Below, in pieces: positions 9,462 to 19,497 of a stretch of 64,000 nucleotides of DNA; the first letter of the stretch is position 1, and each line of letters opens with the position of its first letter. The notes under the pieces are model-generated. The model searched no databases and was not told where the DNA came from. It saw only the letters and a list, made by a program, of their open reading frames with translations. Source of the DNA: Candidatus Omnitrophota bacterium (lineage in GTDB: Bacteria; Omnitrophota; Gorgyraeia; Gygaellales; Profunditerraquicolaceae). The position numbers were made by a program, and so were the translations under genes. The stretch is taken from NCBI GenBank assembly GCA_043800555.1, contig JAZDMX010000003.1, positions 97,947-161,946 of the forward strand. The letters run 5' to 3'.

Positions 9462-9779
9462 ATGTATGCTATAGTTGAAGTTGGGGCAAAACAGTACAAT
9501 GTTAAAAAAGATGATATTATCCTCGTTGACCAGCAACCGCTTAAAGAAGGCAAGGAAATAGTATTAGAGAAGGTGCTTTTAGTTTCTAAGGATAGGAAAA
9601 TTGAGGTTGGCCAGCCGTATCTGAAAGATGCAAAGGTGAGCGCTGAAGTCTTATCCAGGGTAAAAGGGGAAAAGGCAACCGCTTTTAAATACCGGCGCCG
9701 TAAATCTTCGCATTGGAAAAAAGGCCACCGCGCCAAATTATTAGAGTTAAAAATAAAATCTATCGAAATAGGCAGTTAA
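9462..9779 (+). CDS. rplU: 50S ribosomal protein L21
   Basis: MYAIVEVGAKQYNVKKDDII is the canonical L21 N-terminus. 105 aa. Confidence 0.95.
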   Translation: MYAIVEVGAKQYNVKKDDIILVDQQPLKEGKEIVLEKVLLVSKDRKIEVGQPYLKDAKVSAEVLSRVKGEKATAFKYRRRKSSHWKKGHRAKLLELKIKSIEIGS

Positions 9780-9780
9780 A

Positions 9781-10746
9781 TTGTCCATTGCGTTTGTTGA
9801 CCAGGCAAAGATTTACGTAAAAGCCGGAGACGGAGGCAGAGGCAGCTCCAGTTTATACCGCGACAGGTCTATGCGCGTGGGTAGGCCTGACGGAGGAGAT
9901 GGCGGGCGGGGCTCTGATATAATAATCCGCGCCGACAGGAACCTCCACACTCTTTTAGATTTAAAGTATAACCAGCATTTTCGGGGTAAGCACGGCGGCC
10001 ACGGATCAGGCAATGATAAAAGAGGCCGGGAAGCCGAGCCTGTAATAATCCGCGTTCCGGTAGGCACTACTATTATTGATTCTAAGGGCAATTGCGTTTT
10101 ACGCGACTTGGAGGTTGACGCGCAAGAAGTCATCGTAGCGGCCGGCGGCGCCGGCGGTAAAGGCAATAATAAGCATAGCCTGCAAGGTTTTCCCGGAGGA
10201 CTGGGCGAAGAAAAAGTATTAATTTTAGACCTTAAGCTTATTGCCGAGGTTGGCGTTGTGGGCTTCCCGAATGCGGGGAAATCTACTTTGATTTCTAATA
10301 TATCCAATGCCCGGCCCCAGATTGCGGCGTATCCGTTTACTACCAAATTTCCCATTCTTGGATTTCTCAGGCGCGGGGAGAAAACATTCGTAGTCGCGGA
10401 TATCCCCGGCCTCATTAAAGGTTCGTCTGGAGGCAAAGGCCTGGGGGACAGGTTTTTAAGGCATGTTGAGCGCACAAAGATCCTTATTCATCTGGTTGAC
10501 ATGGCGGGTTTTGAGGGCAGGGAGCCGTTGGAGGACTATAAGACGATTAACCGGGAGTTAAAGAGTTTTAATCCTTTAGTTGGCAAGAAGATCCAGATAA
10601 TAGCCGCCAATAAAATGGACCTGGATGGGGCAAAAGAAAACCTGGAGAGGTTCAAGAAGGCAGTAAAGAAAAAGATATACCCCATATCTGCTTTGCATAA
10701 AAAAGGGCTAGAGGAATTAATCGATGCAGTCGCAAAGAAAATATAA
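9781..10746 (+). CDS. obg: GTPase Obg/CgtA
   Basis: Obg fold with FVDQAKIYVKAGDGGRGSSS...GGDGGRGSDIII. G-domain motifs GFPNAGKST and DIPGLI. Confidence 0.95.
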   Translation: MSIAFVDQAKIYVKAGDGGRGSSSLYRDRSMRVGRPDGGDGGRGSDIIIRADRNLHTLLDLKYNQHFRGKHGGHGSGNDKRGREAEPVIIRVPVGTTIIDSKGNCVLRDLEVDAQEVIVAAGGAGGKGNNKHSLQGFPGGLGEEKVLILDLKLIAEVGVVGFPNAGKSTLISNISNARPQIAAYPFTTKFPILGFLRRGEKTFVVADIPGLIKGSSGGKGLGDRFLRHVERTKILIHLVDMAGFEGREPLEDYKTINRELKSFNPLVGKKIQIIAANKMDLDGAKENLERFKKAVKKKIYPISALHKKGLEELIDAVAKKI

Positions 10747-11785
10747 AAGAATAGTCGTAAAGATAGGTTCCAGCCTTCTTTCGCATAAGGCTAAGCTTGA
10801 CACGGCTATGCTTAGCGGTGTTTCAAGCCAGGTATCCAGCCTTATGAAAAAAGGCAGGGAGATAGTTTTAGTTTCTTCAGGCGCCATAGCCTTGGGAATG
10901 TCGGTTTTAAAGTTAACGCAGCGGCCTAAAGAGCTTAGTTTTCTGCAGGCCTCTGCGGCTGTGGGGCAGAATGAATTGATGGACGCTTACCGGTATTTTT
11001 TCAAGAAACGCGGCATTAATTGCGCGCAATTACTTTTGACTTGGGAAGATTTTTCCGATCGTAAGCGTTATTTGAATGCCAAGAGCACGCTCAATACGCT
11101 TCTTAAATTAAAAATCGTTCCCATAATCAACGAGAACGACACTGTTTCGACCGATGAAATTAAGTTTGGGGATAATGACCGGCTTAGCGCTTTAGTTTCA
11201 ATCCTCGTTGGGGCGGACCTTTTGATCATACTTTCCGACGTCGAGGGGCTCTGGGGTGAAGATAAGAAAATAATCAGGGTCGTAGATAAAATTACCGGGA
11301 GCCTGAAGTCTTTAGCCTGTTCTTCGAAAAAAGAAATTTGCGTTGGAGGCATGGTAACTAAATTAGAGGCGGCCAATATTGCTACTAGTTCCGGTATCCC
11401 TTGCGTAATTGCCAGCGGCCAGAAGAAAGACATCATCAAGTCGGTAGTTGATGATGCCGGCAGCAACGGAACTCTCTTTTTAACCAAAGGTAAAGTGCTT
11501 GACGCTAAAGAGCGCTGGATGGCTTTCGGGACTAAATCTAAAGGTAGGATCAGGGTTGATGATGGCGCCAAAAATGCCTTGCTTAATAAAAAGAGCCTGC
11601 TTTCGGTAGGAATAGTCTCCTGCTCGGGAAATTTTTCGCCGGGAGATGTGGTGAGCATTTGTAATAATGATGATGTTGAATTTGCCCGCGGCAAAGCCGG
11701 ATTGGGGATAAAAGAACTTGAGAAAATTCAGGGGATCCGTTTTGCCAAAGAAATAATCCACCGGGATAACATAGTTATGCTTTAG
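10724..11785 (+). CDS. proB: Glutamate 5-kinase (with C-terminal PUA domain)
   Basis: RIVVKIGSSLL N-terminus and an amino-acid kinase fold. The C-terminal PUA-like region reads GRIRVDDGA...GDVVSI. Confidence 0.9.
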   Translation: MQSQRKYKRIVVKIGSSLLSHKAKLDTAMLSGVSSQVSSLMKKGREIVLVSSGAIALGMSVLKLTQRPKELSFLQASAAVGQNELMDAYRYFFKKRGINCAQLLLTWEDFSDRKRYLNAKSTLNTLLKLKIVPIINENDTVSTDEIKFGDNDRLSALVSILVGADLLIILSDVEGLWGEDKKIIRVVDKITGSLKSLACSSKKEICVGGMVTKLEAANIATSSGIPCVIASGQKKDIIKSVVDDAGSNGTLFLTKGKVLDAKERWMAFGTKSKGRIRVDDGAKNALLNKKSLLSVGIVSCSGNFSPGDVVSICNNDDVEFARGKAGLGIKELEKIQGIRFAKEIIHRDNIVML

Positions 11786-11868
11786 GGGCGGCTCTCAACT
11801 CGAAGTAAAAGCGTCCCTAGGCAAGGGGATACTTTTAAATTGATTGAAAACGTCCTTAAGAAAGAGAT

Positions 11869-13128
11869 ATGGACCTGAAAAAAGAAATAATACAAATTGC
11901 TAAAAACGCTAAATCCGCTTCCGGCTATCTTGCCAATCTTGCGACCAGCCAAAAGAATAGAATTCTAGAGGAGATGGCCGGGAACCTGGAAGATAAAAAG
12001 TCCAGGATACTCAAGGCGAATAAAAAGGATATTGCCGCAGCTAAGTCTGCAAAGTTATCCAGCGCTTTCATCGACCGGCTTACGCTTGACGATAAAAGAA
12101 TAGAAGCTATGGTGGCCGGGCTTTTAGATGTCGCCAAGCTAAAAGACCCGATAGGCGCGGAGATAAGATCATGGCAGGTCCCTTCCGGTTTAAAGATACA
12201 TAAGGTGCGCGTTCCCATAGGAGTAATCGCCATAATTTACGAAGCCCGCCCCAATGTTACTGCTGATTGTATCGGCCTGACTTTTAAGTCCGGGAACAGC
12301 GTGATTTTGAGAGGAGGAAGCGAGGCATTAAATTCCAATCTGGCTATCTTTGCAGCTATAAATGAGGTTGCCGAGAGAAATGATCTTCCGGTTGGAGCGT
12401 TAAATATTATTTCCACTAAAGACAGGCGGGCTATCGATTTCCTGCTTAAATTGAATGATTATATCGACGTGGTTATTCCCCGCGGCGGCGAAGAGTTGAT
12501 TAAGAAGGTGGTAAAGCTTTCGCGGATACCCGTAATCAAGCATTATAAAGGTATTTGCCATGTTTTTGTCGATGACTACGCGGATTTGAATATGGCCGAA
12601 CAAATTTGTTTTAACGCCAAGGTTCAGCGTCCGGGAGTCTGTAACGCCATGGAAAGCATGCTTGTGCATCGCGATGTTGCTGGCCGGTTCCTGCCGGGAA
12701 TGCTTAATAAATTCAAGGAAGCCCGGGTAGAAATCCGCGGCTGTGTTTTTACGCAAAGGATCGCTAAGGAAGGGGTAAAAAAAGCCACGGATAGGGATTA
12801 CCGCACCGAATTTTCGGACCTGGTCTTAGCGGTAAAAGTAGTAGATAGCCTTGACGAGGCGGTTGCCCATATCAATGAATATGGCTCGCATCACTCCGAT
12901 AGTATCGTTACCGATGATGAAAACAACGCCAGAGAATTCCTTAAAAGAATCGACTCGGCTTGTGTATATGTGAACGCCTCAACCCGTTTTACCGACGGCT
13001 ATCAATTCGGCATGGGAGCGGAAATCGGCATATCCACCGATAAATTACACGCCCGCGGACCGATGGGTTTGGAAGAATTGACCAGCTATAAGTACGCGGT
13101 TTTTGGCAATGGGCAGCTTAGGCAGTAG
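11869..13128 (+). CDS. proA: Gamma-glutamyl phosphate reductase (glutamate-5-semialdehyde dehydrogenase)
   Basis: ALDH-superfamily, 419 aa. The catalytic Cys context CNAMESMLVH is ProA-typical. Adjacent to proB. Confidence 0.9.
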   Translation: MDLKKEIIQIAKNAKSASGYLANLATSQKNRILEEMAGNLEDKKSRILKANKKDIAAAKSAKLSSAFIDRLTLDDKRIEAMVAGLLDVAKLKDPIGAEIRSWQVPSGLKIHKVRVPIGVIAIIYEARPNVTADCIGLTFKSGNSVILRGGSEALNSNLAIFAAINEVAERNDLPVGALNIISTKDRRAIDFLLKLNDYIDVVIPRGGEELIKKVVKLSRIPVIKHYKGICHVFVDDYADLNMAEQICFNAKVQRPGVCNAMESMLVHRDVAGRFLPGMLNKFKEARVEIRGCVFTQRIAKEGVKKATDRDYRTEFSDLVLAVKVVDSLDEAVAHINEYGSHHSDSIVTDDENNAREFLKRIDSACVYVNASTRFTDGYQFGMGAEIGISTDKLHARGPMGLEELTSYKYAVFGNGQLRQ

Positions 13129-13169
13129 CAGGCAAATAGGGACAGCGACCATTCTTATCTCCGCAGGGA

Positions 13170-13790
13170 ATGAGCAAGGTTATCGCTGCTCCTGATATAA
13201 AAAGGGGTAAGCTCAAATTGAAAATCGGTATCCTAGGCGGAACGTTTAACCCTGTTCACATCGGCCATTTGATTTTGGCCGAAGAAGCAAGAGAAAAGCT
13301 GGGTTTAGGGAGAATTATTTTTGTCCCGGCCAACCTGCCTCCGCATAAGGAAAATGGCGATATTGCGCAGGCGCATGACCGGCTTACAATGTTAAAGCTT
13401 TCGATCAAGGGAAATAAACATTTTGGAGTTTCGGACATTGAAATCAAGAGGCAGGGCCGTTCTTATACAATCGATACAATAAGGGAATTTAAGAAGAGGT
13501 TTTTATCCGACGAGTTGTATTTTATCATTGGTTCGGATTTACTGAAATACCTGGATGCCTGGAAAGATTTGGGGGAAATCAATAAAATGGTTAAATTCGT
13601 CGCTGCGACCAGGCCGGGCTATCCGTTGGAGAGTATCCCAGCTTATATCGAAACTTTAAAGATCAGGGCGGTTGATGTTTCAGGTTTTGAAGTGCGCCAG
13701 TGCATAAAGGAAAATAAGTCGTTTAGATATTTGGTTCCGGAAGCAGTATTTGGCTTTATTAACAAAAAAGGACTCTATAAGGGTAGATAG
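13170..13790 (+). CDS. nadD: Nicotinate-nucleotide adenylyltransferase
   Basis: IGILGGTFNPVHIGHL is the (H/T)xGH nucleotidyltransferase motif in NadD context. ~200 aa. Confidence 0.85.
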   Translation: MSKVIAAPDIKRGKLKLKIGILGGTFNPVHIGHLILAEEAREKLGLGRIIFVPANLPPHKENGDIAQAHDRLTMLKLSIKGNKHFGVSDIEIKRQGRSYTIDTIREFKKRFLSDELYFIIGSDLLKYLDAWKDLGEINKMVKFVAATRPGYPLESIPAYIETLKIRAVDVSGFEVRQCIKENKSFRYLVPEAVFGFINKKGLYKGR

Positions 13791-13873
13791 TAGCTAGCAG
13801 TTAGTATCTAGGGTATCCTGCATACTAACTACTATCTACTAACTACTCTGTAATAGGATAAGAAAGGCAAATA

Positions 13874-14518
13874 GTGAAGATACAAATTGCTCCATCCATA
13901 TTATCTGCTGATTTTAGCTGCCTTCAGGATGAAGTGAGGAGAGTTGAAAAGGCGGGGGCTGATTTGCTGCATATCGATGTTATGGATGGGCATTTTGTCC
14001 CGAATATTACTATCGGCCCGGCCGTGGTTAAATATATCCGTAAATGCACAAAATTGCCTCTGGATGTGCATTTGATGATTGAAAATCCTCAAAAATATGT
14101 CGATGCCTTTGTTAATGCCGGAAGCGACATGATTACCGTCCATATAGAAACGGTTTCGGGCCCCGGGCTCAAGGCCATAGGCGTTAAGCTTAAGCGCAAA
14201 GGCATAAAATTTGGCGTATCCCTTAACCCGGAGACGCCCGTATCCAGGCTTAAGCCGATATTAAAATACGTGGATTTTATCCTGGTAATGTCGGTTAATC
14301 CGGGTTTTGGCGGACAAAGTTTCATTCCGGGAGCAATTCCCAGAATAAAAGCTTTGCGGGCGATTTTTAAGGGAGACATTTCTGTTGATGGCGGGATAAA
14401 TGATTTAACCGCTCAAAGCGTAATGAAGGCTGGCGCGAATATCCTGGTAGCCGGTTCATACATATTTGGGGCAAAAGACAAAAGAAAAACTATAGAAAGG
14501 ATTAGAAATGCAGGCTAA
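13874..14518 (+). CDS. rpe: Ribulose-phosphate 3-epimerase
   Basis: IAPSILSADF...DVMDGHFVPNIT is the Rpe signature. 214 aa. GTG start. Confidence 0.9.
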   Translation: MKIQIAPSILSADFSCLQDEVRRVEKAGADLLHIDVMDGHFVPNITIGPAVVKYIRKCTKLPLDVHLMIENPQKYVDAFVNAGSDMITVHIETVSGPGLKAIGVKLKRKGIKFGVSLNPETPVSRLKPILKYVDFILVMSVNPGFGGQSFIPGAIPRIKALRAIFKGDISVDGGINDLTAQSVMKAGANILVAGSYIFGAKDKRKTIERIRNAG

Positions 14519-15896
14519 TAGCGGGATTAAATTCGGAACAGACGGTTGGCGGGCAGTTATTGCCGACTCTTACAATTTTAAGAACTTAAGGATTTTGGCC
14601 CAGGCTACCGCGGATTACCTGGGAGAAGGAAAGAAAATCGTCATTGGCTTTGATACGCGTTTCATGTCGGATAAATTTGCGTTTGTTGTAGCCGAAGTCA
14701 TCAGCAATAACGCCATAGAGGTGATTCTTTCGGAGGCCCCGGTGCCTACTCCGGCATTAAGTTTGGCCGTAAAGGAGATGCAAGCCGATTTAGGGGTAAT
14801 GATTACCGCTTCTCATAACCCGGCAGAATATAACGGTTTTAAAGTCAAAATGCCTTCCGGGGGCGCGGCCCCGGTAGAGGTGACTGAGGAAATCGAGAAT
14901 CTCCTGGGCCAAAAGGCCCCCGCAGAAACAAGCGTGAAAACAATACCCATAAAGAAATCCGATTTAACCCGGGATTACGTTAAATTCATCCGATCGTATA
15001 TTGATCTTAAGAAGATAAAGAATAATCAATTCAAGGTTTTGGTTGACGCGATGCATGGTTCAGGGGATAGCTTAATCGGCCGGATTTTAAAGGGCACTAA
15101 GATTAAGATTGAATTTATGCGTAATACAATAAATCCTTCTTTTGGCGGCAGCAGGCCGGAGCCTGTGGAAGAGAACCTCGAGGAATTGAAAGAGCGGGTA
15201 AAAAAAGAAAAATTCGACTTAGGGATTGCCCTTGATGGCGATGCGGACAGGATCGCGGCCGTAGCCCCCGGAGGAGTATTTATCCATCCTCAGAAAATTT
15301 TAGGGCTTTTAGCCCTGCATCTAAACCAGGATAGAGGATGCTCCGGCGGTTTGGTAAAGACAATTTGCGGGACAACCATGATGGACAATATTGCCAACTT
15401 TTTAAAGATTAAACTTTATGAAACACCGGTTGGCTTTAAGTATATCTCTAACCTTATGGAAACGGAAGATATAGTCGCCGGAGGCGAGGAAGCCGGAGGA
15501 ATGGGCGTTAAAAACTATATACCTGAACGCGACGGAAGCATGGCCGGTATGTTGTTGATTGAAATGATGAGTTTCCGCAATAAAAATATCCTCAAGATAC
15601 TCAACGAAACGGAGAAGCAGTTTGGAAAATTTTATTATGTTCGTGTTGACCTGCATTTGAATAAACGCGTGGAACCAGATAAAGAAAACCTGCCCAGGGA
15701 ATTGCTGGGAAAGAAGGTAACCGATATCAAGGATTATGACGGCTTAAAATTGATTTGCGAAGACAAAAGCTGGCTTATGTTCCGTCCTTCAGGGACTGAG
15801 CCGATCATGCGTATTTACGCGGAAGCCGGTAGCCTAGCGCAGGCAAATAAACTTTTGGAGTTAGGAAAGAAGGTCATTCTGAGGGATGCCGTATAG
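14508..15896 (+). CDS. Phosphoglucomutase/phosphomannomutase family protein
   Basis: GTDGWRA N-terminus. Active-site phosphoserine loop TASHNP. DGDADR metal-binding loop. Confidence 0.8.
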   Translation: MQANSGIKFGTDGWRAVIADSYNFKNLRILAQATADYLGEGKKIVIGFDTRFMSDKFAFVVAEVISNNAIEVILSEAPVPTPALSLAVKEMQADLGVMITASHNPAEYNGFKVKMPSGGAAPVEVTEEIENLLGQKAPAETSVKTIPIKKSDLTRDYVKFIRSYIDLKKIKNNQFKVLVDAMHGSGDSLIGRILKGTKIKIEFMRNTINPSFGGSRPEPVEENLEELKERVKKEKFDLGIALDGDADRIAAVAPGGVFIHPQKILGLLALHLNQDRGCSGGLVKTICGTTMMDNIANFLKIKLYETPVGFKYISNLMETEDIVAGGEEAGGMGVKNYIPERDGSMAGMLLIEMMSFRNKNILKILNETEKQFGKFYYVRVDLHLNKRVEPDKENLPRELLGKKVTDIKDYDGLKLICEDKSWLMFRPSGTEPIMRIYAEAGSLAQANKLLELGKKVILRDAV

Positions 15897-16473
15897 ATTA
15901 AGCAGATTTATACTGCTTTTGTTATGTAAACTTTTGTTCCGTATCCAATTCAAGGGGCGGGAGTTTATCCCTAAGAAAGGCGGATTCATTATAGCCAGCA
16001 ACCATTTTAGCTATCTGGATCCAATTGCAGTCGGCGTAGCCTGTACGCGCAGCATAAGTTTTATGGCCAAGGACGCGCTGTTTGATTATCCTTTTCTTTC
16101 CGGGTGGCTTAAGGCGGTTGGTGCCATATCCGTAAAACGGGGCTCGGCGGATTTATCCGCGATAAGAAAAGCGCTTAACAATGCAAAATCCGGAAAGGGC
16201 TTGGCATTATTCCCGGAAGGAACGCGCCGGACAAAAGAAACCGCATCTATCAACCCTGAACCGGGGGCCGGATTCCTGGCGGACAAGTTGAATGTGCCGG
16301 TTATCCCTGCGTTTGTCTCGGGAACAGAAATAGCTTTGCCAAAGGGAGCAAAGAGATTGCGCCTGGTAAAGTTAAAAGTAGTTTTTGGCAAGGAAATCCA
16401 TATAGAAAGGGGGAAGCCTTATCATGAAATTTCCGCAATGATAATGGCTAGCATAAATAATTTAGCAAGCTAA
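15886..16473 (+). CDS. plsC: 1-acyl-sn-glycerol-3-phosphate acyltransferase
   Basis: NHFSYLDP is the HX4D acyltransferase motif. FPEGTR motif also present. Confidence 0.8.
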   Translation: MPYRLSRFILLLLCKLLFRIQFKGREFIPKKGGFIIASNHFSYLDPIAVGVACTRSISFMAKDALFDYPFLSGWLKAVGAISVKRGSADLSAIRKALNNAKSGKGLALFPEGTRRTKETASINPEPGAGFLADKLNVPVIPAFVSGTEIALPKGAKRLRLVKLKVVFGKEIHIERGKPYHEISAMIMASINNLAS

Positions 16474-16577
16474 CAATAATAGGGGGGCGTAAATTTTTAC
16501 CGGTTGCTTGGAACAAAAATCAGCCCGTTACCCCTAGTCCCGTGGTTTAGAAAATAAACGATAAAGGAGAATTTAAA

Positions 16578-18119
16578 ATGTCAGATACAAGGGAAGAATT
16601 AGAGCAGCTCTATAATGAGAGCATTAAGATCATCAAGGAAGGGCACGTGGTAACGGGAAAAGTCGTTGCTATAAAGCAAAAGGAAGTTTTGGTGGATGTG
16701 GGTTTTAAATCCGAGGGGCTTGTCCCTATAACCGAATTCCCGAAGGCGGACTTGGAGGTAGGCAAGGAATTGGAGTTTTTCCTGGAGTCAATCGAGAATG
16801 ACGCCGGCAATATCGTTTTATCACGCGAAAAGGCAATCAGCATACAAGGTTGGGATAAGATCGTTAAGTTTTCCCATGAGGGGGCTCTTGTTGAAGGCAG
16901 GCCCGTCAAGAAGGTAAAAGGAGGATTCCTCGTTGACGTTATGGGGATCGAAGGGTTTTTGCCCCTATCATTGTCCGCTTTCAAGAATATCGCGGATAAG
17001 GACATACTTTATAAACCGTTCCAGTTTAAGATTGTTAAAGTCAATAATCTCAGGCGGAGCATAATTTTGAGCCGCAGGGAAGCGGTGCAAAAAGAAAGAA
17101 ACGTTGCCAAGGATAGAATCTGGCAGGAACTAAAGATTGGCAGCGTTGCTTCAGGCGTAGTCAAGGCCATTACGGATTTCGGAGCCTTCATTGATTTGGG
17201 CGGAGTGGACGGGCTTTTGCATATTACCGATATGTCCTGGTCAAAGATAAGCCATCCTTCGGAGGTAGTTGCTTTAGGGGATAAAATCGAAGTAGCAATC
17301 CTTAACCTGGACAGGGAATCCGGCAAGATTTCTTTAGGCTTAAAACAAAGAATGCCTGACCCGTGGGCTGATATTGTCAGTAAATTTACCGTTGGCTCAA
17401 AGGTAAAAGGAAAGGTTGTTAATATACTTCCTTATGGCGTATTTGTGGAATTGGAGAAAGGGATCGAGGGCCTGATTCACGTATCCGAGATTTCCTGGAC
17501 GAAAAGGATTAATAACCCGCAAGAAATGTTTGCTGTCGGGGATATACTTGAAACTCAGATTATCAGCGTTGATAAAGACTCGCGCAGGATCTCTCTTAGC
17601 CTGAAACAATTAGAGCAGAACCCGTGGCTGGAAGCTGATTCAAAATATGCCCAGGGCTCTACCGTTAGCGGAAAGGTTCGCGGGTTTACTGATTATGGCG
17701 CGTTCGTGGAGTTGGATAATAGCCTGGAAGGAATGATCCATGTTTCTGATATGTCCTGGACCAAAAGGATCGGGCATCCTCAGGATGTCTTAAAGAAGGG
17801 CCAGAAGGTCGATGTTCTGGTTATTTCTGTTGATAAGCAAAACAGGCGGATTGCTTTAGGGTTGAAGCAGCTTCAGGAGAATCCCTGGGGAAAAATTGCC
17901 GAAAAGTATCCTTTAGATACGGTTTTGGAAGCGGAAGTGGTCAATCTTACCGATTTTGGCGTTTTTGTAAAATTGGAAGATGATCTGGAAGGATTGATTT
18001 ATTCCAGCGAGATTGATAAAGATAGCGTATCTAAACTGAACCCCGGCGACAAAATCCAGGTCAAGGTGATTAAAGTGGATGTGGAGCAGGCCAAGATTGG
18101 CTTAACGGCCCGCGTATAG
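16578..18119 (+). CDS. rpsA: 30S ribosomal protein S1
   Basis: Multiple tandem S1 domains (repeated G..V.G.V..I.DFGAFV.L...GL.H.S). 513 aa. Confidence 0.9.
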   Translation: MSDTREELEQLYNESIKIIKEGHVVTGKVVAIKQKEVLVDVGFKSEGLVPITEFPKADLEVGKELEFFLESIENDAGNIVLSREKAISIQGWDKIVKFSHEGALVEGRPVKKVKGGFLVDVMGIEGFLPLSLSAFKNIADKDILYKPFQFKIVKVNNLRRSIILSRREAVQKERNVAKDRIWQELKIGSVASGVVKAITDFGAFIDLGGVDGLLHITDMSWSKISHPSEVVALGDKIEVAILNLDRESGKISLGLKQRMPDPWADIVSKFTVGSKVKGKVVNILPYGVFVELEKGIEGLIHVSEISWTKRINNPQEMFAVGDILETQIISVDKDSRRISLSLKQLEQNPWLEADSKYAQGSTVSGKVRGFTDYGAFVELDNSLEGMIHVSDMSWTKRIGHPQDVLKKGQKVDVLVISVDKQNRRIALGLKQLQENPWGKIAEKYPLDTVLEAEVVNLTDFGVFVKLEDDLEGLIYSSEIDKDSVSKLNPGDKIQVKVIKVDVEQAKIGLTARV

Positions 18120-18122
18120 AAG

Positions 18123-18145
18123 TAAGGGGGGAAGTCTCCCCCCAT
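18123..18145 (+). promoter_or_regulatory. GC hairpin (GGGGGGAAGTCTCCCCCC) directly abutting the tyrS start codon
   Basis: Perfect 7-8 bp G/C stem between the rpsA stop and the tyrS ATG at 18146. It overlaps the only purine-rich, SD-like sequence. Confidence 0.4.
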
Positions 18146-19321
18146 ATGGAAAATATGGACATCGATGAGCAACTAAAAATAATTAAGCGGGGTGTATCCG
18201 AAATAATTTCCGAAGAGGAGTTAAGAAAGAAACTCGCGGAAAGTAGCAAGGCCAAGCGCCCGCTTAAGGTTAAGGCCGGTTTTGACCCAACCGCCCCGGA
18301 TCTGCATTTAGGCCACACCGTGCTCTTAAGAAAGCTTAGGCAGTTCCAGGAGCTGGGCCATGAAGTGTATTTTCTTATAGGAGATTTTACCGGGCAGATT
18401 GGAGACCCTACCGGCAGGTCGGAGGCTAGGAAGCAGCTTTCCCGGCAAGAGGCGGCCAGGAACGCCGAAACTTACAAAAAACAGGTGGCCAAGATACTTG
18501 ACCTTAATAAATTAAAAATTGTTTTTAACAGTAAGTGGTTTGACAAGATGACGGCTTCCGGCATCCTTGAGCTTGCTACTCATGCCTCGGTTTCCCAGAT
18601 GTTGGCCCGCGAGGATTTCAAGAAGCGTTTTTCTAGCGGCGAAAATATATCAATCCTGGAGTTTTTGTACCCTTTGATGCAGGGTTATGATTCGGTCATC
18701 CTGGAGGCAGACTTGGAACTGGGAGGCACAGACCAGATATTCAATCTTTTGTTCGGCAGGCAGCTCCAAAAAAACTTTAATCAGCCGCAACAGGTTGTCA
18801 TGACTATGCCGCTTTTGGAAGGGACCGACGGCACCCAGAAGATGAGCAAGTCTTATGCCAATTACATCGGGATTAACGAGCCGCCAAAAGAGATGTTTGG
18901 CAAGGTTATGTCTATTTCCGACGAGCTTATGTTTAAATATTACGAATTACTGACTGATGAAAATCTGGATAATGTCAGGAAAATGCATCCTAAAGAAGCC
19001 AAAGTAAATTTAGCCAAGATTATAATCTCCCAGTACCATTCAAATAATGCCGGGGAAAAAGAGGCTGCGGAATTTGAGCGGGTTTTCTCCCAAAAAGAAA
19101 TCCCTCAAGATATGCCTGAATTTCGGCTTGATGCCGGCAAGAATATAATCCATATACTTACCGAAAGCAAGCTGGCCGCGAGCGGGAACGAGGCCCGCAG
19201 GCTTATCAAACAAGGCGCGGTAACTTTTGATAACCAAAGAATAGAAAAGGAAGATTTCATCCTTAAGGCCGGGGGTATCCTTAAGGCCGGCCCCCGCAGG
19301 TTCTTGAGGATTACTATTTAG
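18146..19321 (+). CDS. tyrS: Tyrosyl-tRNA synthetase
   Basis: Class I HIGH (PDLHLGH) and KMSKS (QKMSKS) motifs. C-terminal S4-like domain. The true start may be the second Met (MDIDEQ). Confidence 0.9.
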   Translation: MENMDIDEQLKIIKRGVSEIISEEELRKKLAESSKAKRPLKVKAGFDPTAPDLHLGHTVLLRKLRQFQELGHEVYFLIGDFTGQIGDPTGRSEARKQLSRQEAARNAETYKKQVAKILDLNKLKIVFNSKWFDKMTASGILELATHASVSQMLAREDFKKRFSSGENISILEFLYPLMQGYDSVILEADLELGGTDQIFNLLFGRQLQKNFNQPQQVVMTMPLLEGTDGTQKMSKSYANYIGINEPPKEMFGKVMSISDELMFKYYELLTDENLDNVRKMHPKEAKVNLAKIIISQYHSNNAGEKEAAEFERVFSQKEIPQDMPEFRLDAGKNIIHILTESKLAASGNEARRLIKQGAVTFDNQRIEKEDFILKAGGILKAGPRRFLRITI

Positions 19322-19377
19322 GAAGACGGAAAAAGAAAACGGTAAAATGGCGACGAAGACCGAAAACGCAAAAAAAA

Positions 19378-19437
19378 GGGGGACGTTTCTACTTTTTCTT
19401 AATCTGATGGCGGAAAAAGTAGAAACGTCCCCCTTTT
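19378..19437 (+). terminator. Intrinsic, probably bidirectional, terminator with a 21-bp perfect stem
   Basis: GGGGGACGTTTCTACTTTTTC (19378-19398), a 14-nt loop, then GAAAAAGTAGAAACGTCCCCC (19413-19433). Preceded by an A8 run and followed by TTTT. Confidence 0.8.
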
Positions 19438-19497
19438 CGCGTCCCATTTTTTCCATTTTCTCGCGCTTGCTATCCGGCAAGGCAATAATATTATCTT

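Noticed and set aside
9813-10475. 220-aa minus-strand ORF (Pro/Ser/Arg-rich) antisense to obg. Similar long antisense ORFs occur at 11068-11694 (in proB), 6138-6704 (in pilQ), 28353-28853, 44748-45287 and 3319-3795.
   Set aside because: Each lies entirely inside a well-conserved + strand gene. Each has low-complexity, compositionally biased translation with no recognisable motifs. None has an RBS or start context. These are typical shadow ORFs.
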